64,000 bases of DNA from Pseudomonadota bacterium. GTDB lineage: Bacteria; UBA10199; 2-02-FULL-44-16; DYJF01. Below are positions 58,201 to 64,000 of the stretch, piece by piece. Made by a program: the position numbers and the translations under genes. How positions within the stretch are numbered: position 1 is the first letter of the stretch; the number at the start of each line of letters is the position of its first letter. Location of the stretch: NCBI GenBank assembly GCA_043823065.1, contig JBDRBB010000010.1, positions 160,001 to 224,000 of the forward strand, read 5' to 3'. A model generated the notes under the pieces. The model was not told the DNA's origin and did not search any database. It was given only the letters and a program-made list of their open reading frames with translations.

Positions 58201-59984
58201 CAGCCTTCTAAGTTAACCATCCTGGCGCCCATACGCTGCAAAGCTTCAGTATAACGAGCATAGGCCTGAGGATTAGTTTCTCTTAATCCAACTAAAGTTT
58301 CTGGATTGTTTATAAGAGTTAATAATGTGGTGTCGCCTTGATGATTTAAAATTGTACGAAAGCCTTCTCCACCTCTGGGGCCATTCATACCAGCAAACAT
58401 GCGGGCCCGGCCAAAAGTCATAGGTAGGCCAGAGTCAAGGTTGGTCAGGGCTTCACCAAGCCTGGCATCAAAGGTGCGTGATAAACTGTCAAATGATTGT
58501 AAATCTCCTTCAATTGAACTTAAAACTGATCGAAAGCTAGGTGCTTCTAAACGAGAGCCAATTCTTTGGATTGTTTCATTAGCATAGTTTAGGGCCATTA
58601 AAGTATTTATATCAATCTCTTGGCTTTCAATTGCGCTAGCTAAGACTGCAAAGCTCTGTTCCAAGCTTGCTCTTTCTTGGCCTTGGGCCTCACTTAAAAA
58701 TTCTTCATTATTGAATCGGATTAATTGCAAGGCTGCACCTGCTAAGGGCAAGGTTGCTTGTTCTAATCTATCTAATTCACTATTGCCAAGCCTGCGGCCA
58801 TGAGCTACTTCAGAACGCGCAAAATTTAAGTCAGCAAAAATTCTGGCAATGTTTTCTATGATTGCATTGTTGTTGCTGTTTTGGGGAGCTAATTCATATT
58901 GTTCTAATAAATTATCTGCCCTTAAGATAACAAGCTCATCTCTTAGATCAGCTAAAGACTCTCTTAAAGTTGCTACATCAGCTGAACTGATTTCGCCTTC
59001 CTGATTTAATATTCTGTGTAAATTATCAAAAGAATTTTGCCAGGTACTTCTTTGAATATTAAAATCCATTAACCTTAAAACCGTGCGCGGGTTGCTTAGC
59101 AGCTCGTCGGCATTTTGAGCAATCTGGCGGTTGACACATCTGCTGGTAATGGTTTCTAAGTTTTGGGATAAAGATGCTTGTAGATTATCTAAGCTGGGAT
59201 GTGTTCTGATTGCTGATCTTTGGTTTTGGTAGGATCTCCATAAAGAATTGCGATCTGCAACAGTTACACCAATGTAGTTATCCAGTTGGCTGGCGATTAA
59301 CGTGTATTGTTGAATACCGGCAACTACTCTTTCTGCAGTATCTTGAAAATGTCTGGCTTGATCGGCATTCTCTGTTTCTAAAGAACGTCTTAATTGGGAA
59401 GCGGCAAATTCTAATTCCTGAGTAACTACGGTTCGCTGGGCATCAGTAAAGTTTTCGCTAGCAACTGCTTCGTTTACTCTATTTGCCTGAATATAAAAAC
59501 CAGCAATAATATCTATCTCATTGTTGATTTGATCTATTTGGTTTAGAACCTCTACTCTTCTTTGGGGTTCTAGTTGAGGATCAAGAGCTTGTTCGCTTAA
59601 GTTGCGCCAGCTATCTTCCAGATTTGTTAGCCTTTCACTGAAATAATTTAGTGAGGTTTCAGACAGAAAATCTGCATTATCCACCAACTCAATTATATGG
59701 TCTATCTCAGTAGTTCGTTGCTCCAGATGTCTGCTAAATTCGTTAAAATCCAATTCTTCAGGATCTCCCAATAATCGGGAAAGATCATAAGTGCCTTCTG
59801 GGCTGGCTAATAAGGCCATATTGGTTGGGGAAGGAGATAAGGGGGCGGATAAAGGGGAGATAAAAGGGTTTTCGCTGAAATCAGGCGCAACACCAGTTTC
59901 TAGCTGGGATTCTAAATCCTGCGTCCATTCATCCCAAAAATAATGGTCTGGGATTGAAAACCTTTGAAGAATTTCGTTTGACAT
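52206..59984 (-). CDS. Giant lysine-depleted multidomain protein: coiled coils, hydrophobic region, calcineurin-like metallophosphoesterase, Pro-rich tracts and a degenerate second phosphoesterase
   Basis: 4 Lys in 2592 aa; GDIHG / LGD / GNHD / GHS / GHT motifs; no signal peptide. Confidence 0.8.
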   Translation of the reverse strand: MSNEILQRFSIPDHYFWDEWTQDLESQLETGVAPDFSENPFISPLSAPLSPSPTNMALLASPEGTYDLSRLLGDPEELDFNEFSRHLEQRTTEIDHIIELVDNADFLSETSLNYFSERLTNLEDSWRNLSEQALDPQLEPQRRVEVLNQIDQINNEIDIIAGFYIQANRVNEAVASENFTDAQRTVVTQELEFAASQLRRSLETENADQARHFQDTAERVVAGIQQYTLIASQLDNYIGVTVADRNSLWRSYQNQRSAIRTHPSLDNLQASLSQNLETITSRCVNRQIAQNADELLSNPRTVLRLMDFNIQRSTWQNSFDNLHRILNQEGEISSADVATLRESLADLRDELVILRADNLLEQYELAPQNSNNNAIIENIARIFADLNFARSEVAHGRRLGNSELDRLEQATLPLAGAALQLIRFNNEEFLSEAQGQERASLEQSFAVLASAIESQEIDINTLMALNYANETIQRIGSRLEAPSFRSVLSSIEGDLQSFDSLSRTFDARLGEALTNLDSGLPMTFGRARMFAGMNGPRGGEGFRTILNHQGDTTLLTLINNPETLVGLRETNPQAYARYTEALQRMGARMVNLEGCETPADIRRCVQVISLLERIDELPESLRRVEDRQAFLTRIQNHHSLSEIQLNTQVGYYTRIAAMTVAITVASGAIAHIASAAVLSLVGSAFASTATGTAVGLGGRAALGSFTRFIIGNAIMAPTFVASHRGLSMATDMPGADRFYTWDEFVVHSVYAFGMFGVLRGAMLGFGQVARMAMGTAATTTRFGAAALWTGAFATETVALTGYGLAEQSFENYIHDRPVSGVWTGRNIAGQLGHNALFLVGLRGGNMLARPIISASTSAMMPRSIRTLRANNSLRLEEIGIELRTLRGETRSRSLSEVEAARFNELNVERVRLEGELLEADRRLVSMGLVSDAQYNLSRLRYSQLRDYNIANRLAHLDGIRQSRQLNVDEYLEFTQLCREQVVLAREHVGLLRDAGASRAAIREAQAVEQEIFENRYTPTIEGLRLSIMRRVSRIVEIEETDVLTINEQGEAVPTRRAQQEAELEGLRREVSELRRVFDEALEREHISQETYEAGVGRLETITTRMAALLRGELTVEGLRRASEARPEEPDMLLSGAQSPSLWTRLTTGASEFFGNITSPQTTFGRLIRAPLFLMMGSMGDPGGSGRSGNTESPQLAELRAVVAGQRTPVEDASSPVRRPAISAEVANQIGNHHAAGQPSAIAQLHLRPGERVVLIGDIHGNHPNFRSILRRYQDQAGVRLVSLGDVPHPAWGNLSEVDPSVDAMDLIIQARAEDPNRLIFLQGNHDEVSGGAEETFIKDGVRQGVVFRDALIAQRGEAYVRALQELYETSPLLLTVHNARGEGIAWAGHSPVVPGGAPQAHLTGARYTAGDPRYLFNMNLGGVLRWASPRGYERQEGLPVYEETDLGLMRQALGLRNDALGVGGHTPGRGETSVYAPFGPDANHFNCMGCLPDQLQVVEVYEDGHYVIVDIPILAFAQQTVQPPATPPAPPPPPALQPAAPDFDPFLQPYWMQPLQPTPAPTIGDRITAGARRVLGWFGFREAEPRTVAEIEAELASAQRELDGAREAFDENREDRDRQGELTRCTTRVIDLNNELARAQARQAASLAPAPEPAPAAPVQPVAPRLEIPPGIEASLPAIHLSLKRALQRNAAQFVHQDLRTEIEALAPNAETTVSLQTFISPASFSLYPALQPRVRGDIPVSLEMQLVRDPQDSSILGILITGIRISYPANTPLDARISTMLGRTAGQHNIAEARRLRALEEYEGRQGRHIIGSQLAHALNNTIARGPGLRVIPTPVRPTPVPIQPPAPPPSPPAASPEPEIPIAIQPVAEPFIQIPEQPGRGCPGPVSTPDSSDRGLDVSLEFAHHRILTILQQARTPTTIIRIVLDREDYRVSRVVEGNGELPIPPDSILVTATMDRHYFIHAAQIEAPNRSENILRRAIHLHNRAVAEAVRERENRAIERGTDRPIDEDHARELNQLLVNGPEIDITWREVPAVEEAPEPTVVVEPPAPFIQIPLNPEAVLPEAVLHANGFDRAEQILFVPRSDRVTDPSLVESKTVVAPEPEQPRDSAVELDLDDPNVEIIADDAADPFGGTVSQEPPESSRDSTIPLRDSDLELVEDPTVPARPNPLATPPLPPTTPPLSGPSPVVSPQLAPLVPPAPASTGIGTFIRGLLRYLNQPNGPTWTSPYRPLGDFLADEQPPTPPAPPSTPTHTEEGFFQGLWNYLNQPDVPYRPLRDFLRPEGAASSDSNPGLVVMPNPQASPRRSPLQPAIDAGNIENMIAEFSARTHPDPGGGIRTFTRPLVTSEVAEAIAQPGLEIRINEVGALLELDISDGEQVAFISGGLTNEASFRAVMEYYGDHLREGNVRLVFMCDEVNEAATTEMLQETMRRIMELRGEYSRSAELAFFLQPNRPSREFNNPYANALEAFSQNSPVYAMVRKSETRERIAMAAGSPLTPGGASEAELIAARRVSLESSPRPSVSDVHMMRNRLGLPADAPVIGMNGETSQPFGQNEPYFSLPARPPEGAVAIVEVNADGSHEAFSLTSVE

Positions 59985-60020
59985 GGTTGAATATATTCAA
60001 ATTTATCTTGGTACATACAT

Positions 60021-60050
60021 ATTATCGGTTATGTTAAGCAGAAAGTTGCT
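60021..60050 (-). promoter_or_regulatory. Sigma28-like promoter (P5)
   Basis: Minus strand AGCAACTTT-N14-CGATAAT (ACCGATAAT). Confidence 0.65.
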
Positions 60051-60216
60051 AAAAAAATTCTTTTGGGGACGTTTCCCCCCTAGCTAACTCCTTGAAATCA
60101 GAATTAAATAATAGCCGACTTGAAAAAGTTGCTTGAATTTCGTCAGCCATGTTCAAAATTGCTACAGTTAAAGAAATTTCCAAATTCTAACCAGGCAAAA
60201 TCTAACAACTTTATTT

Positions 60217-60231
60217 TGGCATTATACTTGC
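60217..60231 (+). promoter_or_regulatory. Sigma54-like promoter in front of the transposase
   Basis: TGGCAT-TATAC-TTGC, 13 nt before the ATG. Confidence 0.55.
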
Positions 60232-60244
60232 AATGTAAAAAATC

Positions 60245-60877
60245 ATGGTTAGAGCAGCAAGAATTTTACCAACTTCAGCTATGCTACATATAATATGTAG
60301 AGGAAATAATGGAATGAGAGTATTTCATAATCGACAAGATTTTACCCATTTTTTAGGAACATTACAGCGTTTTACTGGTAAGTCACCACTATTTATCCAT
60401 AACTATGTGCTTATGCATACTCATTTTCATTTACTAGCTTGGGTTGAAGACACACAAAAAATGGCTAAAATTATGAAGTCAATGTTGTTATCTTATTATC
60501 ATTATTTTCGTAAACGTTATGCTTATTGCGGACATCTCTGGCGCGGTAGATTTAGAAGCATACATATTGAAAGCGAGGAACATTGGTTGCAATGCGGACG
60601 ATATATTGAGTTAAATCCTGTTTATGCGGGAATATGCAAAAAACCTGAGGAGTATAATTGGACTAGTTATCATTATTATGCTTATGGTAAAGAAAATATT
60701 TTACTAAGGCCGATTATGAAGATCAGTGGATTGAATACAAATGCAACCGGTCAAAATGGTCAGAAAAATAATCAAGATGTGAATGAAAGATATCAAGATT
60801 TTGTTTACGCAGGAATTAATTTAGAATATCAGATACAGAAAAAGAGATTTGAGAAAGGCAAATTTAATTCATTGTAG
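60245..60877 (+). CDS. REP-associated-type tyrosine (Y1, IS200-like) transposase
   Basis: HIICRGNN, YVLMHTHFHLL (HUH), GHLWRGRF, RYIELNPV.AG (catalytic Tyr), Y.WTSY. Confidence 0.9.
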   Translation: MVRAARILPTSAMLHIICRGNNGMRVFHNRQDFTHFLGTLQRFTGKSPLFIHNYVLMHTHFHLLAWVEDTQKMAKIMKSMLLSYYHYFRKRYAYCGHLWRGRFRSIHIESEEHWLQCGRYIELNPVYAGICKKPEEYNWTSYHYYAYGKENILLRPIMKISGLNTNATGQNGQKNNQDVNERYQDFVYAGINLEYQIQKKRFEKGKFNSL

Positions 60878-60956
60878 ATATAGATATTTCAAAATTTCAA
60901 GTTGCCTTATATAAACTAATGATATTAAAGAGTTAGCGAGGGGGGAAACGTCCCCA

Positions 60957-61559
60957 ATGTCAAATTTATTTGTGAAACAGATTGCTATTGGGCCGATGAT
61001 GAACTTTGCTTATCTGGTGGGGGCAAATCAAAGCCAAGAGGCAATTGCCATTGATGTGGCCTGGGATGCTCAAAAAATTATAGATGAAGCTAAAAAGGCT
61101 GGGCGCCAAATTGCAGCAATTTTGCTCACCCATACTCATTATGATCACTGCAACGCTGTGGATGATTTTACTCGCCAGCAGCAGGTGCCAATTTACGTGC
61201 ATAAAAGCGAAACCAGTGGTTTAAGTCAAAACTTGAAGCTTAAACCAACTCAAGAGGGCCTAAAACTAGAGATTGCTGGTTTGCAAATTGAGTGCTTGCA
61301 TAGCCCAGGCCATACTCCAGGTTCGCAATGTTTTTTAATTGATGATGCTTTATTTACTGGCGATACTTTATTTGTAGGTAATTGCGGCCGGGTTGATCTG
61401 CCAGGAAGCAGTCCTAAAGATATGGAAAATTCGTTACTCAGACTTTCCAAGTTGCCAGAAACGGTTGTGGTTTATCCAGGCCATGATTATGGAGATAGCA
61501 GGACTTCGACGATTGGTGAAGAGAAGAGAAGCAACTATTATATGAAGCATGGAGTTTGA
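60957..61559 (+). CDS. MBL-fold hydrolase (glyoxalase II-like)
   Basis: NFAYLV, THTHYDH, PGHTPGS, FTGDTLF, CGRVD, YPGHDY. Confidence 0.9.
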   Translation: MSNLFVKQIAIGPMMNFAYLVGANQSQEAIAIDVAWDAQKIIDEAKKAGRQIAAILLTHTHYDHCNAVDDFTRQQQVPIYVHKSETSGLSQNLKLKPTQEGLKLEIAGLQIECLHSPGHTPGSQCFLIDDALFTGDTLFVGNCGRVDLPGSSPKDMENSLLRLSKLPETVVVYPGHDYGDSRTSTIGEEKRSNYYMKHGV

Positions 61560-61627
61560 CGGCCCCTTCGACAAGCTCATGGCGAACGGACAATTAGTCA
61601 AGGGCCCGCAATGACAAAAAGGTTTTC

Positions 61628-63466
61628 ATGAAAAAAGATTTTTTAAAGGAATTGATTGAAAACGGCATCCTTGCTGATGGTGCCATTGGCACGGAAATAT
61701 ATAACCGTGGCGTGTTTATTCACCGTTCTTATGATGAACTGAATTTAACCAATCCAGAGCTCATCAAAGAAATTCACCTGGATTATTTAAAAGCTGGTGC
61801 TGGTTTTTTAACCACTAATACTTTTACAGCCAATCGTTTGGCTCTGGCCAGTTTTGGTTTAGAAGATAAAGTAATTGAGATTAACAAAAAAGGCGCCCAG
61901 CTGGCCAAAAGCGCTGCTGGCGATGGCGCCTATGTTGGCGGTTCAGTGGGACCAGTAAAGTGGGCAGCCAAAACTCCTTTAAGCGATGAAAAAATCAAAG
62001 AGGTTTTTAGAGAACAAATTCAGGCTTTAGCAGAAGAAGGAGTGGATGCAATTATCTTTGAGACCTTTCTTAATTTAGAAGAATTAAAACTCGCCTATGA
62101 TGCTGGTCGCCAAGCTTGCCAGCTTCCTTTAATTACCCAGGTTTCCTTAAAATACGTAAGCGAAGAAGAAGGTTTTGCTGGTTTAGATCCAGCAGATGCA
62201 GCGCGCACTATGGAATCTTGGGGCGCAGATGTTATTGGCGTTAATTGTTCAGATGGGCCGCAAGGAGTTTTCGAAGCAGTAAAACTGATGATTAAAGCTA
62301 CCTCTAAACCCTTGTCAGCCATGCCTAATGCTGGACTGCCTAGAATGATGCAAGGCCGGCTCATGTATTTGGCTTCTCCAGAATATTTTGCCGAATATGC
62401 CAGGCGCTATGCTCAGCTGGGTGTGAGTTTAATTGGTGGCTGTTGCGGAACAACTCCAGCTCATATCAAGGAGATGAAAAAATATCTGAAAGCCATAACT
62501 CCAGGCAGTAGAGAAAAAACAGAAAAGATTGAAGTAAAAAAACCCAGGCTGGTGCGCCAAGTTCCTGCTGCGGAAAAATCTAAATTTGGCGCAACGTTTT
62601 TGCAGAAATTTTCTATTAGCGTGGAAGTAGATCCGCCGTTGGGTATTAATCCCAAAAAAGCATTAGAAGGAGCAAGACTGCTTAAGGATCTGGGAGTAGA
62701 TGCCGTAAATATTGCTGATGGTCCGCGTGCTATGGCCCGCATGAGCCCCATGGCTTTAGGCGTGCTCATCAAGGAGCAGGTTGGCATTGAGCCTATTGTT
62801 CATTATTGCTGCCGCGATCGCAATCTCTTGGGTATGCAAATGGATTTAATTGGCGCTGCAGCTCTTGGTTTAAACAATGTTTTGTTAATCACAGGTGATC
62901 CACCTAAAATGGGTAATTATCCAGATGCCACAGCAGTGTTTGATATTGATTCCATTGGCCTGATTGGTTTTGTGGCTAATCTAAATCAAGGTTTGGATTT
63001 TTCAGATCGGCCCCTAAAAGAGGCCACCAACTTGCTGATCGGCTGTGGAGTAAACCCAGGTGCAGTAGATTTAGATTTGGAAGTTGAGCGCTACAAACAA
63101 AAAGTTGCCGCAGGCGCGGAATTTGTTTTTTGCCAACCTGTTTTTGATAACAAACTTTTGCTCAGCTTTTTTGAGCGGATTAAAGATGTGCCGCAAATTC
63201 CATTTTTTGCTGGAATCATGCCTTTGGTTTCTTTGCGCAATGCTGAATTTTTACATAATGAAGTTCCAGGTATGCAAGTTCCAGAGGAGATTATGCAAAA
63301 AATGGCAGCAGCTAAAACCAAAGAAGCCCAAAAAGAAGTGGGGCTAAGAGCGGCTAAGGAAGCTTTGTTGGCAGCCAAAGAATTGTCGCAAGTTAGCGGC
63401 GCTTATATTTTCCCGCCACTTGGGAATTATCAATTAGTAGCAGATTTGCTAAGCGTTCTTAAATAA
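61628..63466 (+). CDS. yitJ: Bifunctional homocysteine S-methyltransferase / methylenetetrahydrofolate reductase
   Basis: DGAIGT, GVNC, PNAG, GGCCGTTP; MTHFR half VEVDPP, CRDRN, ITGDPP. Confidence 0.88.
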   Translation: MKKDFLKELIENGILADGAIGTEIYNRGVFIHRSYDELNLTNPELIKEIHLDYLKAGAGFLTTNTFTANRLALASFGLEDKVIEINKKGAQLAKSAAGDGAYVGGSVGPVKWAAKTPLSDEKIKEVFREQIQALAEEGVDAIIFETFLNLEELKLAYDAGRQACQLPLITQVSLKYVSEEEGFAGLDPADAARTMESWGADVIGVNCSDGPQGVFEAVKLMIKATSKPLSAMPNAGLPRMMQGRLMYLASPEYFAEYARRYAQLGVSLIGGCCGTTPAHIKEMKKYLKAITPGSREKTEKIEVKKPRLVRQVPAAEKSKFGATFLQKFSISVEVDPPLGINPKKALEGARLLKDLGVDAVNIADGPRAMARMSPMALGVLIKEQVGIEPIVHYCCRDRNLLGMQMDLIGAAALGLNNVLLITGDPPKMGNYPDATAVFDIDSIGLIGFVANLNQGLDFSDRPLKEATNLLIGCGVNPGAVDLDLEVERYKQKVAAGAEFVFCQPVFDNKLLLSFFERIKDVPQIPFFAGIMPLVSLRNAEFLHNEVPGMQVPEEIMQKMAAAKTKEAQKEVGLRAAKEALLAAKELSQVSGAYIFPPLGNYQLVADLLSVLK

Positions 63467-64000
63467 TCATCAACATTCATGGCAGCGAGCAACCCTTGGG
63501 TTGTGGATACTAATGGTTGTTGGGGCCTGCCACAAATTACATCGCCACAAGCAAATACGCCAGGAACTGGGGTTTGGAACTTTTCATCTATAGGAATATT
63601 ATCTTTTTCTTCTAGTTTAAGTGCTTGTTTGAGGAACTGATTACTAACTTGATATTCGTGTTGATAATTAAAAATATAATTAACTGGCAAAGATTTTTCC
63701 TGGCCAGCCACAAATAAGGTGACATTTTCCACATGCTTATTGCCGGTAATGGATTTTAGGCTGGCGCTAAATAAAAGATGAACCTTTTTATTGTTTTGCA
63801 AATCATTTACCAGGCGATTTTCAATATCTAGTTTATTGGATGGAATAATAAAGTGTACCTGGCGCGCATATTTGCTAAGTAAAATTGCTGCTTCTGCTGC
63901 AGTTTTATTTTTGCCAACAATGGCAACTTCTTTATCTTGGGTTAGAGAAACATCGGTTTGCACATCGTGAGAAACTCCTTGGCCAAAAAATTCCCGACCG
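63430..64000 (-). CDS. Thioredoxin-reductase-like flavoprotein (partial, 5' end outside the window)
   Basis: GQGVS...KEVAIVG...AAEAA, T.VPGVFACGD; the frame is open to the window edge. Confidence 0.8.
   Translation of the reverse strand, partial: GREFFGQGVSHDVQTDVSLTQDKEVAIVGKNKTAAEAAILLSKYARQVHFIIPSNKLDIENRLVNDLQNNKKVHLLFSASLKSITGNKHVENVTLFVAGQEKSLPVNYIFNYQHEYQVSNQFLKQALKLEEKDNIPIDEKFQTPVPGVFACGDVICGRPQQPLVSTTQGLLAAMNVDDYLRTLSKSATN

Larger units (their letters stand above)
60065..60955. mobile_element. Y1/HUH-transposase element with terminal inverted repeats
   Basis: GGGGACGTTTCCCCCCTAGCTAACTC ... GAGTTAGCGAGGGGGGAAACGTCCCC enclosing one transposase ORF. Confidence 0.82.

Noticed and set aside
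60105..60133. Sixth copy of the sigma28-like promoter inside the transposon left end
   Set aside because: It has AGCAACTTT on the minus strand but no CGAWAA at 13-15 nt.

Overview
This is an AT-rich bacterial chromosome segment, probably from a deltaproteobacterial-type lineage. That is inferred from the pilD/ExeA/TPR cluster, PilZ, a PhaR-like gene, a MYXO-CTERM-like protein and several sigma54 promoters. Housekeeping genes include uvrC, mtnA, pilD, hisS-aspS, tRNA-Thr(CGT), tRNA-Leu(CAA), pal-cpoB, a lpoB/LPP20 lipoprotein operon, a yitJ-type methionine synthase/MTHFR and several metallo-beta-lactamase-fold enzymes. The accessory content is unusual. (1) A small type III secretion module (TPR chaperone, SctJ, translocator-like ORF). 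(2) Four large co-oriented genes between 43.9 and 60 kb encode proteins almost devoid of lysine (6 Lys by my count in 4,536 aa). They share a sigma28-like promoter (GCAACTTT-N13-15-CGAWAA) with the T3SS-linked gene, so they are a candidate secreted-effector regulon. (3) A HUH/Y1 (RAYT-like) transposase bounded by terminal inverted repeats, plus two matching 148-bp MITEs that bracket an AAA-ATPase gene. (4) A DUF559 nuclease gene between identical 106-bp REP-like direct repeats. (5) A covarying structured element in two copies, several long intergenic hairpins, and REP-like palindromes inserted in frame in enzymes. (6) An archaeal-type GatD and a type IIIA H+-ATPase. All calls come from reading the sequence by eye; no searches were run.
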